NCBI GenBank assembly: GCA_963788655.1
Contig: CAWBHS010000089.1
Coordinates: 43,059-107,058, forward strand
DNA: 64,000 bases
DNA from: an uncultured Verrucomicrobiae bacterium
Lineage (GTDB): Bacteria > Verrucomicrobiota > Verrucomicrobiia > Limisphaerales > JAFGQR01
Direction of reading: 5' to 3'
This document shows, piece by piece, positions 44,628-55,719 of the stretch. Made by a program: the position numbers and the translations under genes. Each line of letters starts with the position of its first letter. Position 1 is the stretch's first letter. The notes beneath the pieces are model-generated. The model was not told the DNA's origin. It did not search any database and saw nothing but the letters and a program-made list of their open reading frames with translations.

Positions 44628-46382
44628 TTAAGTCCTCGTCATCATGACGGTTTGCGAATCCTCCATCAATGACTTCAAATGTTCTTCCGTTTGGGTGACC
44701 CGCAGCACTTCCTCAATGGTGCTCAGGCTGGCCTTGACTTTGCGCCAGCCATCCACGCGCAGCGTGCGCATGCCTTCCGCGATGGCCGTTTGCGCAATGG
44801 TCGAGGCGGCCACCCGGTGCAAAATGTGCGAGCGGATTGCTTCGGACATGATTAAAATTTCGTAAATTCCCAGGCGCCCCTGGTAGCCCAATTGCCGGCA
44901 CTCCTCGCAGCCGGTGCCTTGCCAGAACTTGGCCGTGGGGATTTCCTCCGGCGGGAAGCCAATGCGTTTGAGATAGGTGGGATCCACCTTCCGTTCTTCT
45001 TTGCAGCCCGGACAGATTGTGCGCACCAGGCGTTGCGCCATGACCGCTTCCACCGACGACGCAACGAGGAACGGTTCGATGCCCATGTCGATCAACCGCG
45101 TGAACGCACTGGGGGCATCGTTGGTGTGCAGGGTGCTGAAGACCAAGTGACCGGTCAGGGCGGCGCGGATGGCGATTTCGGCGGTTTCGAGATCGCGAAT
45201 TTCCCCGACCATGATCACGTTGGGATCCTGGCGGAGAATATGGCGCAAGCCCATGGCAAACGTGAGCCCGATGTCCGAGCGCACGGCAATTTGGTTGATG
45301 CCCTTCAACTCGTACTCGACCGGTTCCTCGATGGTGATGATGCGTTTCTGGACCGAGTTGATGGTGCTGAGAAATGCGTAAAGGGAAGTGGACTTGCCCG
45401 AACCAGTGGGTCCGGTCACCAGCATGATCCCGTGCGGCTTAATAATGATGTCCCGGATCATCTTCTCCTCCTCGGGGGAGAAGCCCAATTTGTCCAGCGT
45501 TAGGAATATTTTGCCGCGGGTGAGCAGGCGGAGGGAAACACTTTCACCATAGACCGTCGGCACGGTGGATACCCGGATGTCGATTTCCTCGCCTTTGATC
45601 CGCACATTGATGCGGCCATCCTGCGGCAGGCGCTTTTCGGAGATGTTCATCCCGGACATCACTTTGATGCGCGAAATGATCGCTGCCTGGTAGCGCTTCA
45701 ACTGCGGCGGCATGGGCGTCTGGTGCAGGATGCCGTCAATCCGGTAGCGGATGCGCAATTCATCTTCGGCGGGCTCGAAATGAATGTCCGTGGCGCGGTC
45801 TTTATAGGCTTCCCAGACGATCTGGTTGACAAACTTGATGACGCTCGCCTCCTGGTCGGACTCGGTAATTTCCTTGTCCTCGGCCACCAGCAACTCGATG
45901 GGATCATCGTCCTTTTGGAGTTCGTCGAGGGTTTCGGCGCCCACGCCATAGTATTTCTTGAGGGCTTTCTCGATCTCGGCGCGGGTGGCCAGGGCGAACT
46001 GGACCGGCAACCGGGCGTCGAATTGCACGGCATTGAGCATTCCGGCATCGAACGGATTGGCGACGACAATCTGGAGCGTGCCGTTCCGGAAATCGGTGGG
46101 AAAAGCCAGGTATTGAAAGGCAACCTTGGTCGATAGCTTGTTCCGGGCTTCCGTGGGAATGTCCAGTGTGCGCAGATCCAGAAAGGGCCAATTCAACACC
46201 CGCGACAGGCTCTGCAAAAAAGTCACTTCGGAACTACCGGATTCCCGGCAGACGAACTCCAGCAGTGATTCCTGCGAACCACCCGCCACAGCGACTTGCC
46301 AGGCTTTGTGCCAGTCATCGAGTTTTTCCGGCGAGGCCAACACGGCCGAAGCCAGCAAGTTTTTTAACGAGACAAATCCCAT
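44628..46382 (-). CDS. gspE: Type II/IV secretion ATPase GspE/PilB
   Basis: TDIHFEP, RLPQDGR, GPTGSGKS, LRQDPNVIMVGEIRD, GHLVFSTLHTNDA, CPGC...CEEC. Confidence 0.93.
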   Translation of the reverse strand: MGFVSLKNLLASAVLASPEKLDDWHKAWQVAVAGGSQESLLEFVCRESGSSEVTFLQSLSRVLNWPFLDLRTLDIPTEARNKLSTKVAFQYLAFPTDFRNGTLQIVVANPFDAGMLNAVQFDARLPVQFALATRAEIEKALKKYYGVGAETLDELQKDDDPIELLVAEDKEITESDQEASVIKFVNQIVWEAYKDRATDIHFEPAEDELRIRYRIDGILHQTPMPPQLKRYQAAIISRIKVMSGMNISEKRLPQDGRINVRIKGEEIDIRVSTVPTVYGESVSLRLLTRGKIFLTLDKLGFSPEEEKMIRDIIIKPHGIMLVTGPTGSGKSTSLYAFLSTINSVQKRIITIEEPVEYELKGINQIAVRSDIGLTFAMGLRHILRQDPNVIMVGEIRDLETAEIAIRAALTGHLVFSTLHTNDAPSAFTRLIDMGIEPFLVASSVEAVMAQRLVRTICPGCKEERKVDPTYLKRIGFPPEEIPTAKFWQGTGCEECRQLGYQGRLGIYEILIMSEAIRSHILHRVAASTIAQTAIAEGMRTLRVDGWRKVKASLSTIEEVLRVTQTEEHLKSLMEDSQTVMMTRT

Positions 46383-46651
46383 GCGGTCTTACTCTTCATC
46401 ATTGTCTTTTAACGTAACAACGGAACCTATAAAAAGTTGCGGAGGGGGTCAAAGTAATAAACTCCGCCCACCGCGCAGGCGGCAAAACCGTATCAGCTCG
46501 AAGTGACGCCACTGCCACTCCGGTCCATAAAGTGGCTGCCCATCACCCGGTTGCGAGCCATTGTCACTGCAGCTTAATCATGCAAAGCAGTTTCTGAACC
46601 TATTCGATTTCGAAGCAATTTAGTTTTTCCAATTCTTTTTCTTTCTTTGAG

Positions 46652-46681
46652 TTGACAACCCGGGACGTCTGCTGGCACATT
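46652..46681 (+). promoter_or_regulatory. Possible sigma70 promoter
   Basis: TTGACA after a T-rich tract, then TGg-CACATT 18 bp downstream. Confidence 0.3.
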
Positions 46682-46825
46682 GGCGCCGGTTCGGACGGTA
46701 GCACGTTTCTTCAGCGGGGTTCCCCCAAACCCCCACCTCCTTGGCGTCTATCGTCCGGGCCACTAACACTTCAGACCTACTTTCTCCTTGTGAATAAACC
46801 GGCTCCCGGTGTAGTCATTTCTTCT

Positions 46826-48271
46826 ATGCCTACACCAAATATATTTAGTGCAAATTCAAGCAACATCTCTCGTCGGAGATTTCTCACCCAATCCACGCTG
46901 GCAATCGGCGCCACGGTCATGACGGGGCCGTCCTTGTTGCGTGGCCAAAACCTCAATGGAAAAATCAACGTCGCCTGCATTGGCGTCAACGGCAAAGGGA
47001 GCAGTGACACCGACAGCGCGTACAACATGGGCGGCAACATCGTCGCCCTGTGCGATGTCGATGAAAACAGTCTCAACGGCAAACTGCGCAGCCTTCAGGA
47101 CCGAGCCCGCAAAGCCGGCAAGGAAGAACCCAAGCCCAAGCTTTATCGCGATTTCCGCAAGCTGCTCGAGGAAATGGACAAGTCCATCGATGCCGTCACC
47201 GTTTCCACGCCGGACCATTGTCACGGCCCGGCGGGCATCCGCGCCATGCGGTTGGGCAAACACATCTATTGCCAGAAACCGCTGACCCAGACGGTCTATG
47301 AAGCGCGCACGATGCGGGAACTGGCGAAGGAGAAGAATCTGGCCACCCAAATGGGCAACCAGGGCAGTGCCGAAAGCGGTCTCCGGCGGGCCGTGGAAGT
47401 CATCCAGGCCGGCGTGATCGGCAACCCCAAAGAAATTCACGTCTGGTCCAACCGGCCAATATGGCCCCAGGGACTCAATCGTCCCGAAGGTTCGGACCCA
47501 GTGCCGTCCTCCCTGGACTGGAACCTGTGGCTGGGGCCGGCACCGGAACGCCCCTTCAAGAAAGACGTTTATCATCCGTTCAAATGGCGCGGTTGGTACG
47601 ATTACGGCACCGGCGCCCTGGGCGACATGGCTTGCCACACCGTCAATATGCCGTTCCGCGCGTGCAAACTGGGTTACCCCAATGTGGTCGAATGCGAACT
47701 CGATTCGCGGTTCTACCCTGAAACATATCCGAAGACCTCGCGCATCCGCTATGAATTCCCTGCCCGCGAAGGGCTGCCGCCGCTCAAGTTCTGGTGGTAC
47801 GACGGCAACCCGGGCGATGCCATCAAGCCCTTGCGTCCGAGCGCGGACATCACCAAGGAAATCATCACCATGCGCGACAAACTGCCGGGCAGCGGCTGCC
47901 TGATTATTGGCGACAAGGGCAAAGTCTTCTCGCCCGACGATTACGGCGCCCGCTTCTACGTGGTGCTCAACGGCGAACAGGAATACAAGTCCGGCTTGGA
48001 TCACCCCGCCTGCAAGGAAGTGCCGCAAACCATTGAGCGCTCACCGGGGCATGACCAGGAATGGTTCCGCATGATCAAGACCGGCAAACCGTCCTATTCG
48101 AACTTCTCGATTGCGGCGTATCTCACCGAAATCATCCTGCTCGGTTGCATCGCCCTGCGCGTGGGTGAAGGCCGGCGGATGGAATGGGACGGCCCCAACA
48201 TGAAATCAACGAACATCGCCGAAGCGGCCCAATTCGTTAAACGCAATTACCGCAGCGGTTGGGAAGTGTAA
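46826..48271 (+). CDS. Tat-exported Gfo/Idh/MocA oxidoreductase
   Basis: SRRRFL Tat motif, VSTPDHCH, YCQKPL, GALGDMACH. Confidence 0.9.
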   Translation: MPTPNIFSANSSNISRRRFLTQSTLAIGATVMTGPSLLRGQNLNGKINVACIGVNGKGSSDTDSAYNMGGNIVALCDVDENSLNGKLRSLQDRARKAGKEEPKPKLYRDFRKLLEEMDKSIDAVTVSTPDHCHGPAGIRAMRLGKHIYCQKPLTQTVYEARTMRELAKEKNLATQMGNQGSAESGLRRAVEVIQAGVIGNPKEIHVWSNRPIWPQGLNRPEGSDPVPSSLDWNLWLGPAPERPFKKDVYHPFKWRGWYDYGTGALGDMACHTVNMPFRACKLGYPNVVECELDSRFYPETYPKTSRIRYEFPAREGLPPLKFWWYDGNPGDAIKPLRPSADITKEIITMRDKLPGSGCLIIGDKGKVFSPDDYGARFYVVLNGEQEYKSGLDHPACKEVPQTIERSPGHDQEWFRMIKTGKPSYSNFSIAAYLTEIILLGCIALRVGEGRRMEWDGPNMKSTNIAEAAQFVKRNYRSGWEV

Positions 48272-48300
48272 GCCTTTACCGTCTCAAAACCGTTCAGCAC

Positions 48301-48337
48301 TCCCGCGGTGGACTTAGCCGTCCGCCGCGGGATTTTT
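48301..48337 (+). terminator. Rho-independent terminator
   Basis: tcccgcggtggac-ttagcc-gtccgccgcggga followed by ttttt. Confidence 0.75.
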
Positions 48338-48567
48338 GTATTTTCCAGCATGTTTGACTAAGTGGGTCACCGGCATGAGGCGGCGGATTCGTCCGTGCCC
48401 TGCAAACGATCTGGATCGCCGAGCACCGCCTCCAACACCGCCGGCCAATCACCCAAATCGGTCGGCACGATGATCGGCAATCCCGGCGCGCGCGGTTCCG
48501 TGTCGGTGTAAGTGTCCGGCCCCATCCGATCCGGCAGGGGCAAGGCCAGCCGCACCACCGCGATGGC

Positions 48568-48680
48568 CTCCCGCTCAAGCCATGGTTCGGCTCTTTGCAC
48601 AACCGATTCCCGTTTTTCTTCGCCGCCGTGATGTTCGCCTACCCGGCGTCCCAGTTGCTCCCGGAGTTGCTCTGTCAACT
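48568..48680 (-). pseudogene. Possible remnant of a REP-associated (Y1/RAYT-like) transposase C-terminus
   Basis: LREQLGRRVGEHHGGEEKRESVVQRAE resembles, from recall only, the GEHHxGEExRES segment of verrucomicrobial Y1 transposases. Confidence 0.3.
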
Positions 48681-48714
48681 CCAGCCCATCGTTGGCACCC
48701 TTCAGGTTCAGGAC

Positions 48715-48745
48715 AAAAAAGATGACCGGGAAATTCCCGGTCATC
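48715..48745 (-). terminator. Rho-independent terminator of the LamG gene
   Basis: Perfect 12-bp inverted repeat gatgaccgggaa/ttcccggtcatc followed by T6 on the minus strand. Confidence 0.75.
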
Positions 48746-48777
48746 TAACTGGACTAATTGTTTTCGGACGGGGTTCC

Positions 48778-51700
48778 TTACGGAACCATTACGCGGAAGA
48801 TTCGCAGCGGCCGGACGGCCGGCACTTGCCACGGCGCGCTGGCGTCGGGATTGGCATACCAGGGTCCCAGAATGTCCTCCGCCTCTTCCAGGATGCCGTA
48901 CGGCCAGGAGAGCAGCAGGCTGGAGCCTTGCGGCGGCGCGTCGAAGTTAAGACGCACCATCAACGCGTCCGGCGCGACCAGTTCCGCGTCGTCGCCGCTT
49001 ACGATGGCGGTGAGTTCGGATTCGTCGAGCATCCGGTCGTAGATGCGGAAGTCGTCGAGGCTGCCGTTGTACGTGCGCCAGTAACCATCATGCGACCGGC
49101 CGATTTCGATGGATTGTTTGACCGGCCAGATCCAGGCGCTGGAATTGCCTTGAGACGTGTCCAGCACGCCGTCGAGGTAGATCGAAATCGATCCGGCCGC
49201 CGACTGATCATACACGTAGGCGACATGGTGCCAGTCGTTGTCATTGACCGTGTTGGCCGTGACAAACGAATTGCCGCCACCGTTGTTCTGCACAAACAGG
49301 GTGCCATCGTCTTTCATGACAATGACATCCCCTTCCGAAGTGCGACGGTCAAAGATGATGGAGCCTTCGCTGCCGCTGGTCATGTCGTTCCCCGCGGTGC
49401 GCATCCAGAACGCGATGGTGCCTTGAGCCCCATCAAAGTCCGGATGAGCCGGCAGGACGATCTGATCGCCTTCGGGGGCCACAAACTGCGCGACCCCCGA
49501 GCGGGTGGTGGAGATGTTGTCGGTTTCGGAATCCAGCCAGGCGGTGCCGTTATCAAGGCCGTCGTGCGGCAGACCGACCGGTTTCGAATCCAGGACGGCC
49601 GGGCCTTCTGTCGCCGTCAACGAGAGCGCCAGGGTTTCGCCGGACCCGTTCAGGTAGAGGTTGCCAATCGCGGCCAGGCTCAGCGCCTGGTTGTAAATGG
49701 CCACGTCATCGATGATGCCATTGAACAGGCGCGTGCCCGCCGAGGTGTCTTCGCCGATGTAAGTAGTGCCGTTGAATTCCTCGATGTCGTTGGCGACGAT
49801 ACGAACCGCCGACTGGAGTATGCCATCAGTGCCTAGATAGAGGGTACCGTTGGTGGGCGTGACGACCAGGGCCACGAAACTCCACTGGTTCGTTGGCACG
49901 ATCAGCTCGGAGTTCCAACCCCAGGTGGCATTGGCGTTGTTCCAGGTGAAACGCAATTCGTTGCCGTCACCGTAATGCACGCCGGCCACCGTGCTGCCCG
50001 CCCGGCTGAACACGATTCCGCGCCAGCCGCCTTGATCGCCATCGGGATAAATCCAACCGGCGATGGTGACGGTGTTGGTGTAGAGGTTCAGCGCCGGCAG
50101 GGCCACGCGGGAGCCGGCCACGCCGGTCAATTGAACGGCCGTGTTGTCAGCTTCGAAGCCGCCGAATTGCGGTCCCGGGGCGCCCGGCACGGCGCCAGCA
50201 TCGTAGGTGCCATTGTGGCCGCCCCAATAATCGTAGGCGGTGGTGGCGCCAACGGCCTCATCCAACGGCCAAAAGCCTACCGGATCTTGCGTCAGCACTT
50301 CGCTCGCGTAACCGTTCTCCGCCGGCACCAGCACGGTAAGCAGGGCTGGAATCGAATCATCGAAGCCGCTGTCGTTCTCGATGCCCACAAAATATTCGCC
50401 CGCGTCCGGACCCGTCACATTGGCAATGGTGAGCGTCGCGCTGTTGGCACCGGAGATACTACCATTGTCGGTGAGCGGGTTGTTGTCGTGGTACCATTGG
50501 TAATTTATCGGCAGCGTGCCCACCGCCGTCACTTGGAAGGAAACGCTCTGGCCGGCGTAGCGGGTTTGACTGGTCGGCTGATAGATAATCGTCGCGCCCA
50601 CCTCGCCCGCGCCCTGCGCGTAGATGGCGTTAATGGTCTCCGCCGAGAGGGCATGGTCGAAGACCGCGACTTCGTCGATGGCGCCAGAGAAGTAGTTGCC
50701 AGTGGCGTCCAGCACGGCGGCGCCGATGCGGAAGGGCGACGGGGAACTGCCGTAATTGTTGGTCGTGTTCAGGGCGCTTGCGATGGGACTGCCATTTCGG
50801 TAGAGCGTGAGTTGAGTGCCATCGCCCACCGCGGCCAGGAAATACCATTGGCCGGCGCTGATGAGCGAGGTGGGATCGAAAGCCACCAAACCCGTCGCCG
50901 GCGTCCAGATGCCGAGGTCGGTTGCGGTATGGAAGCCAAATTCGGCCACGTCATTTTGGCCAAACAAGCCGACGCGTGCGCTGTCGCCCGACATCTGCGG
51001 CATGACCGATGGATTGAACCAGCCCATGATGGTGAACTGCGTGCGGTCGTTTATGAGGCTGGCCGAGGTGGAGGTGCTGGCGCTGGTATTGGTGCCGTCG
51101 TAACTGGCGGCGTTGTTGTCGCTCTCGAAGCCGGGCGAAAGCGGCGGGCGCGGTCCGGCCACGTAGGTCACTTGGTCATTGGTGGCGTCGTTGCCGCCGA
51201 AATAATCGTAGGCGGTCAGCGCGCTGTCCGTTTCATTGAGCCGCCAGTAGGCCAGCGGTTGATTGGTAATGATGGTATCCTCGAAACTGCCCGCCGTGAC
51301 CGCTAACAACGTAAGCCCAACCGTGGACGAGTTGGTCCAACCGACCTGGTTCGTCACGTAAAGCGTATAGTTGCCGGCATCGGCCGTTTGCAGGTTGGTC
51401 AGCGTCAGGGTCACATTCGTAGCATCCGTGATGGGGGTACCGTCGTGTTCCCATTGGAACTGGAACGGTGCGGTGCCCTCGATGATCGGCGCAAAGACCG
51501 CGGTGCCGCTGCGGTACCGGGTGGCGGGCGCGATGTCCTGGGTCAGCAGCGGTGGGGCGTCCTCCACCGTGATGGTGTTCGTGATGCTCAGGACCGAACC
51601 GTTGTCATTCGAAACCTGCACGTAATAATCGCCGGAATCGGTCGGCACGGCATTGGACAAAACCAGCGTCGCCTCGGTGGCGTTTTCAACCGGATCAACG

Positions 51701-52678
51701 TCCTTGAACCATTGATACGAAAGCGGTAACGGCGCGCCGCCGGTGGCGGTTACACTCATCGACACGGTAGTCCCGGTGAAAACGCTGCTGGCGGGCGAGG
51801 GCGAGGGCTGGGCGGTGATCACCGGTGTGATTTGGACCACGTCGCCGTAGGCGGTGCCCAGGCGGAAGGCGTCCAATTCGCCACTGCTGGTCGGACCGTT
51901 CACATAGGCCAGGAGGTGCGTGTACGTGTTGGCGTCGTCAAAGGAGTAGCTCACATCCCAAACGACGTCCGCTTCGTTCGGGGGCAGTGTCTGGTAACCG
52001 GTGCGGGTGGCATTGAAGAAGGCGGCCTGCACCGTGTCGTCGCCCGTGGCGCTGGTGGTGATCTTGATCAGGATGAGGTTGCGGTCGTCATTGTTCACCT
52101 CGGTGGGACTGTAGGCATTGGCGCCGTAAGGGCCCTGGCCGACGTTCAATGTGCCGACGGCGACAACCAACTTACGGTTGGCGGGCGGATTAAAACTGGT
52201 GTTGTTCCAAGTGGCGCCCACCGAAATGAACTGGCTGGCAGGATCGCTGCCGGTGGCCAGGCCAAAACCGATGGCGTCGTCATTGCGGCGACGCATGTTG
52301 TAGGTGATGTAATACGTTCCGTCGGCCGCAAAGTCGATTTGGCTGCCCGCGGCGAGTTGGCGGGTGCCCCACCAACCGACATCCCACTGCCCGGAACTGG
52401 GCGGACCCCACCAGAGGCCACCGTTGCCGTTGATTAGGACGGGCATCTCATTGGTGATGTTGGGATCGACGTTGAAGTTGTCGGCCAGATTGATGTTGCC
52501 GATTTAGGTTGGCGGCCCAGGTGGTGCTGGGCTCGAAGCCCACGGAGGTGGAACTGTCGCCGGCGCCATCGAGGGAAGGCGTCAGCCCGTCGAACAATTC
52601 GCGAACCAGCAAGGCCGCATTGGCTTGGATCAAACCGGCCGCAGCCAGGGTGGCTGCCAGGATCAGACGTTTTTTCAT
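48778..52678 (-). CDS. Secreted protein with three LamG domains, Ig repeats and C-terminal W...IFRV domain (frameshift ~52500)
   Basis: Signal MKKRLILAATLAAAG; PLAYWRLNE, FSGAIDEVAVF, FNGIIDDVAIY, YNGSLDDFRIY. Confidence 0.85.
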
Positions 52679-53147
52679 ATCGTTGCTCTGGAATGGTTGT
52701 GGTTACAGCAGGCCTCACGATCAAACGACCATCGGTCTGTGTCCCAATCGGGCGATATCATCCATCCATGCTCGTCGTCGAAAAGCCAGGCTGAGAAAAC
52801 CCTGCCCGGCACTCCGCGATTTCTGAAAGAACAAGCATCAAACGCAATCCGCGCGAACGGGACAATCTTCCTTCGTATGGGCTAAAACCGCTCAAATGTC
52901 AATCAAGTTCGAGCTGGACTTGTTGTTACGCTGCGGGTTGCACCCAGGTTAACTAATGATATTCATACGCCGCGCCACTGGTGCTGGCGCGCGCACAAGC
53001 CCTCCCGGTCTCGTCGTCGAGATGCACGCCAGGCTGCGTGAGTTCTTCGCGCCTGAGACGGCCGGCTTTTTACGGCCTGGCGCCAAACGGAGCTTTGCTT
53101 AGCCGTATCAATTCAGTAGCTGGTCTGCGATGAGGCAGTTCGGCGTG

Positions 53148-53280
53148 GTAGGACAGGCGTCTCGCCTGTCTCGAATAGCCCAAGGCATCCTCACCGTTTG
53201 GTGACATGGAAATACTCGCGGCGCCGTGATCCAAGTTGTTGGTTTGCACTTGTTCGGGACAGGCGGGACGCCTGTCCTAC
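53148..53280. repeat. GTAG REPIN
   Basis: gtaggacaggcgtctcgcctgtctcgaa ... ttcgggacaggcgggacgcctgtcctac, 26/28. Confidence 0.82.
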
Positions 53281-53409
53281 TAAATAGTCACGGCTTAGAG
53301 GCAAGAGGCAACAGCAGAGGGAACGTCTTGGGCATGCTGTGTGAGCGCCCAGCGCGGTCGGTGCATGAGCGGGCGGCCATCGACATTCGAGACCGCCGGG
53401 CCGGTTGTC

Positions 53410-54646
53410 CTACTTGCCGGTGCCGATGCAGAATAGGTGTTTTTCTCCCCGCAAAAATATTTGCCCCCGGCTGATGGCGGGCGAGGCAAAGGTCTTTTCC
53501 TCAATATCGTTTTGGGCCAGACGCTCGAATTTCGGCCCGGCCTTGATGACGTTCATCACGCCGTTATCGTTGAGAAAGTAAACGTTACCGGCGGCCGACA
53601 CGAGGGAGGCATGCTGCTCGCCCAGGCGCTCTTTCCACAAAATCTTTCCGTTCGCGGCATCAAAGCAATGGGCGACGCCAGAATCCGAAACCACGAAAAA
53701 CCAGTCGCCCGCAATGATCGGCGACGGCACATAGGCGACGCCTTGCACAGTGCGCCAGACAATGTGGCTGCGGGTGACGTTGCCCGTGCCGTCCGGTCGA
53801 ATGGCCAGAATGTGATGGCCGGGAAAACCGCCCGTGATATAGACAAAACCTGTCCGCTCGCTGAATACGGGCGACGCCACGAATTGGTCGGTTGGCCCGT
53901 CGATCACCCAGTAGCGGTGGCCGGTGTCCGGGTTGTAGCTGGCCACGCACTTGTCGCCGGACAGCACCATTTGCGTGCGCCCGGCCATTTCGCGGATCAG
54001 CGGCACGCAATAGCTGCGGGTGTGGTTTTCCCGCGGGATTTTCCACAGCGTCTTGCCGTCGCTCCGCCGGAGCGCGATCAAGTAGGAGTTGCCGTCGTGG
54101 TCGCCGTTCACAATGAGCTGGTCCCGGTAAATCACTGGCGAACTGCAAAAACCGTGCATGCTCGCAAACGGCCCCGGCAACACGATCCACTGTTGGTTGC
54201 CCTGAAAATCATACGCGGCTACCAGCATTTTGTTGCCGGCCAGGAAGGTGACGTACACCAGTTTTCCGTCGGTGGCGGGTGTGCTCGAAGCGTAGCTGTT
54301 CAGCGCGTGCTTACGTTCCAGCGAGGCGGTGAGCACGGTGCGCTCCCAAAGGAGACTGCCGGTCTTCCGGTCGAGACACAACAGCACCCGCTCCTGCTGA
54401 TGGAGGATGGCCGTCACGGTGAAGACCCGATCACCCCACACCACCGGCGAGGCGTGGCCCGTGCCCGGCAACTCGATTTTCCAGGCCACATTCTCCGTGG
54501 CAGTCCAGCGGATCGGGATCTCTTTTTCGTGGCTGGTGCCGTCCATGCGAGGTCCCGCGCCAGCACGGCCAGTCTTCCGCGTGCGCCATCATGGAGCCGA
54601 CCAGAAAACAAACCAGCAGCGCCGGTCCCCGCAACGAACGTCTCAT
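53410..54646 (-). CDS. PQQ-like beta-propeller (BamB-like) secreted protein (frameshift ~54550)
   Basis: AEDWPCWRG, ASPVVWGDRVF, STPATDG, ASPAISRGQIFLR. Confidence 0.85.
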
Positions 54647-54681
54647 GATTGAAAAATTAGCGGTGTTTGGGGGCCGTCGGC

Positions 54682-55437
54682 TCATGGTAACTGCACTGGC
54701 TTTACCCACAAATTCCGGTACGCCACCGGACCATGATCGCCCTGCAACAACAGCGGACCAACGGCTTTTTCATCATTGAAATGGGCGGCGCGCGTTGGGC
54801 CTGTGATCGCCACGTTTTCATGCACCAGCTTTCCGTTGTGAACCACTCTAACGAACCGCGCATCTTCGAGCTTCTTGCCATTGGCATCAAAACGCGGCGC
54901 GCGAAAAACCACGTCAAACGTCTGCCATTGCCCCGGCGGTTTGCTGGCGTTCACGCGGGGCGAATGGCCTCCGACTTCGGTGTTATTGATCCAGCGCGGA
55001 TACAGCCCGCCGCATTCGATGCCGGGATATTTATCCTTCGCCACCCCGAAACTGTCGTAGATTTGCAGCTCGTATCGCCCCATGAAATAGACGCCGGAAT
55101 TGGACTGCTTGGAAATGCAAAATTCGATGTGCGCCTCGAGGTCGCCCCATTCACCTTCGGTAATCAAATCGACCGTTCGACCGGCCGTGCCGTTGACCAT
55201 GATGCCCTGGCCGGGTATGAGGGCGAATTTGCCGGGATCGGCCGGGCTAAGCGCGACGGTTTGGGCGGCCGTCCATTCGCCCGTCGGTGAACGCCAGCCT
55301 TTGAAATCTTTGCCGTTGAACAGTTGAATCTTGTCGGCCGCATTGGCACCAGGAAGCAGACTACCGCTCACCATCAGCGCAGCCAGCAGAACGATCAGCG
55401 TTCTTGGAAAAACGGGAGACTTTGGATGTGTTTTCAT
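54682..55437 (-). CDS. DUF1080 secreted protein
   Basis: LFNGKDFKGW, NSGVY, YELQI, GPLLLQGDHGPVAYRN. Confidence 0.85.
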   Translation of the reverse strand: MKTHPKSPVFPRTLIVLLAALMVSGSLLPGANAADKIQLFNGKDFKGWRSPTGEWTAAQTVALSPADPGKFALIPGQGIMVNGTAGRTVDLITEGEWGDLEAHIEFCISKQSNSGVYFMGRYELQIYDSFGVAKDKYPGIECGGLYPRWINNTEVGGHSPRVNASKPPGQWQTFDVVFRAPRFDANGKKLEDARFVRVVHNGKLVHENVAITGPTRAAHFNDEKAVGPLLLQGDHGPVAYRNLWVKPVQLP

Positions 55438-55488
55438 AGTCAATGAAAGGCAGACGTTAACAGCGAAAGTCGCATTCGAAAAGTCTCA

Positions 55489-55619
55489 GAGCCTGTTTTA
55501 AAAATGGTAGCAGCCGACGTAAGGAGGCTCATTCTTGTCGGACGCAACACGGTTTTCCGAGGAAAAATGAGCCTCCTTACGTCGGCTGCTACGGATCGGT
55601 TGGAATTTAAAACCGGCTC
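55489..55619. mobile_element. 131-bp MITE with IS5-like terminal inverted repeats, TCA target duplication and an internal perfect GTAG hairpin
   Basis: tca|gagcctgttttaaa ... tttaaaaccggctc|tca; inner perfect 27-bp inverted repeat 55507-55533 / 55566-55592. Confidence 0.72.
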
Positions 55620-55719
55620 TCAGGGCTTGTCACCGCTGACGTCAGGACGCGAAGTGACCTTCCTGGGTGCAGCCCGGTCCGTCTCGTTTCCACGGCGGTT
55701 ACTCTTGCGTTCGCAAACT

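Noticed and set aside
52680..53140. Long intergenic region as a riboswitch or ncRNA
   Set aside because: No recognisable aptamer consensus by eye; an Rfam/Infernal scan would be needed.
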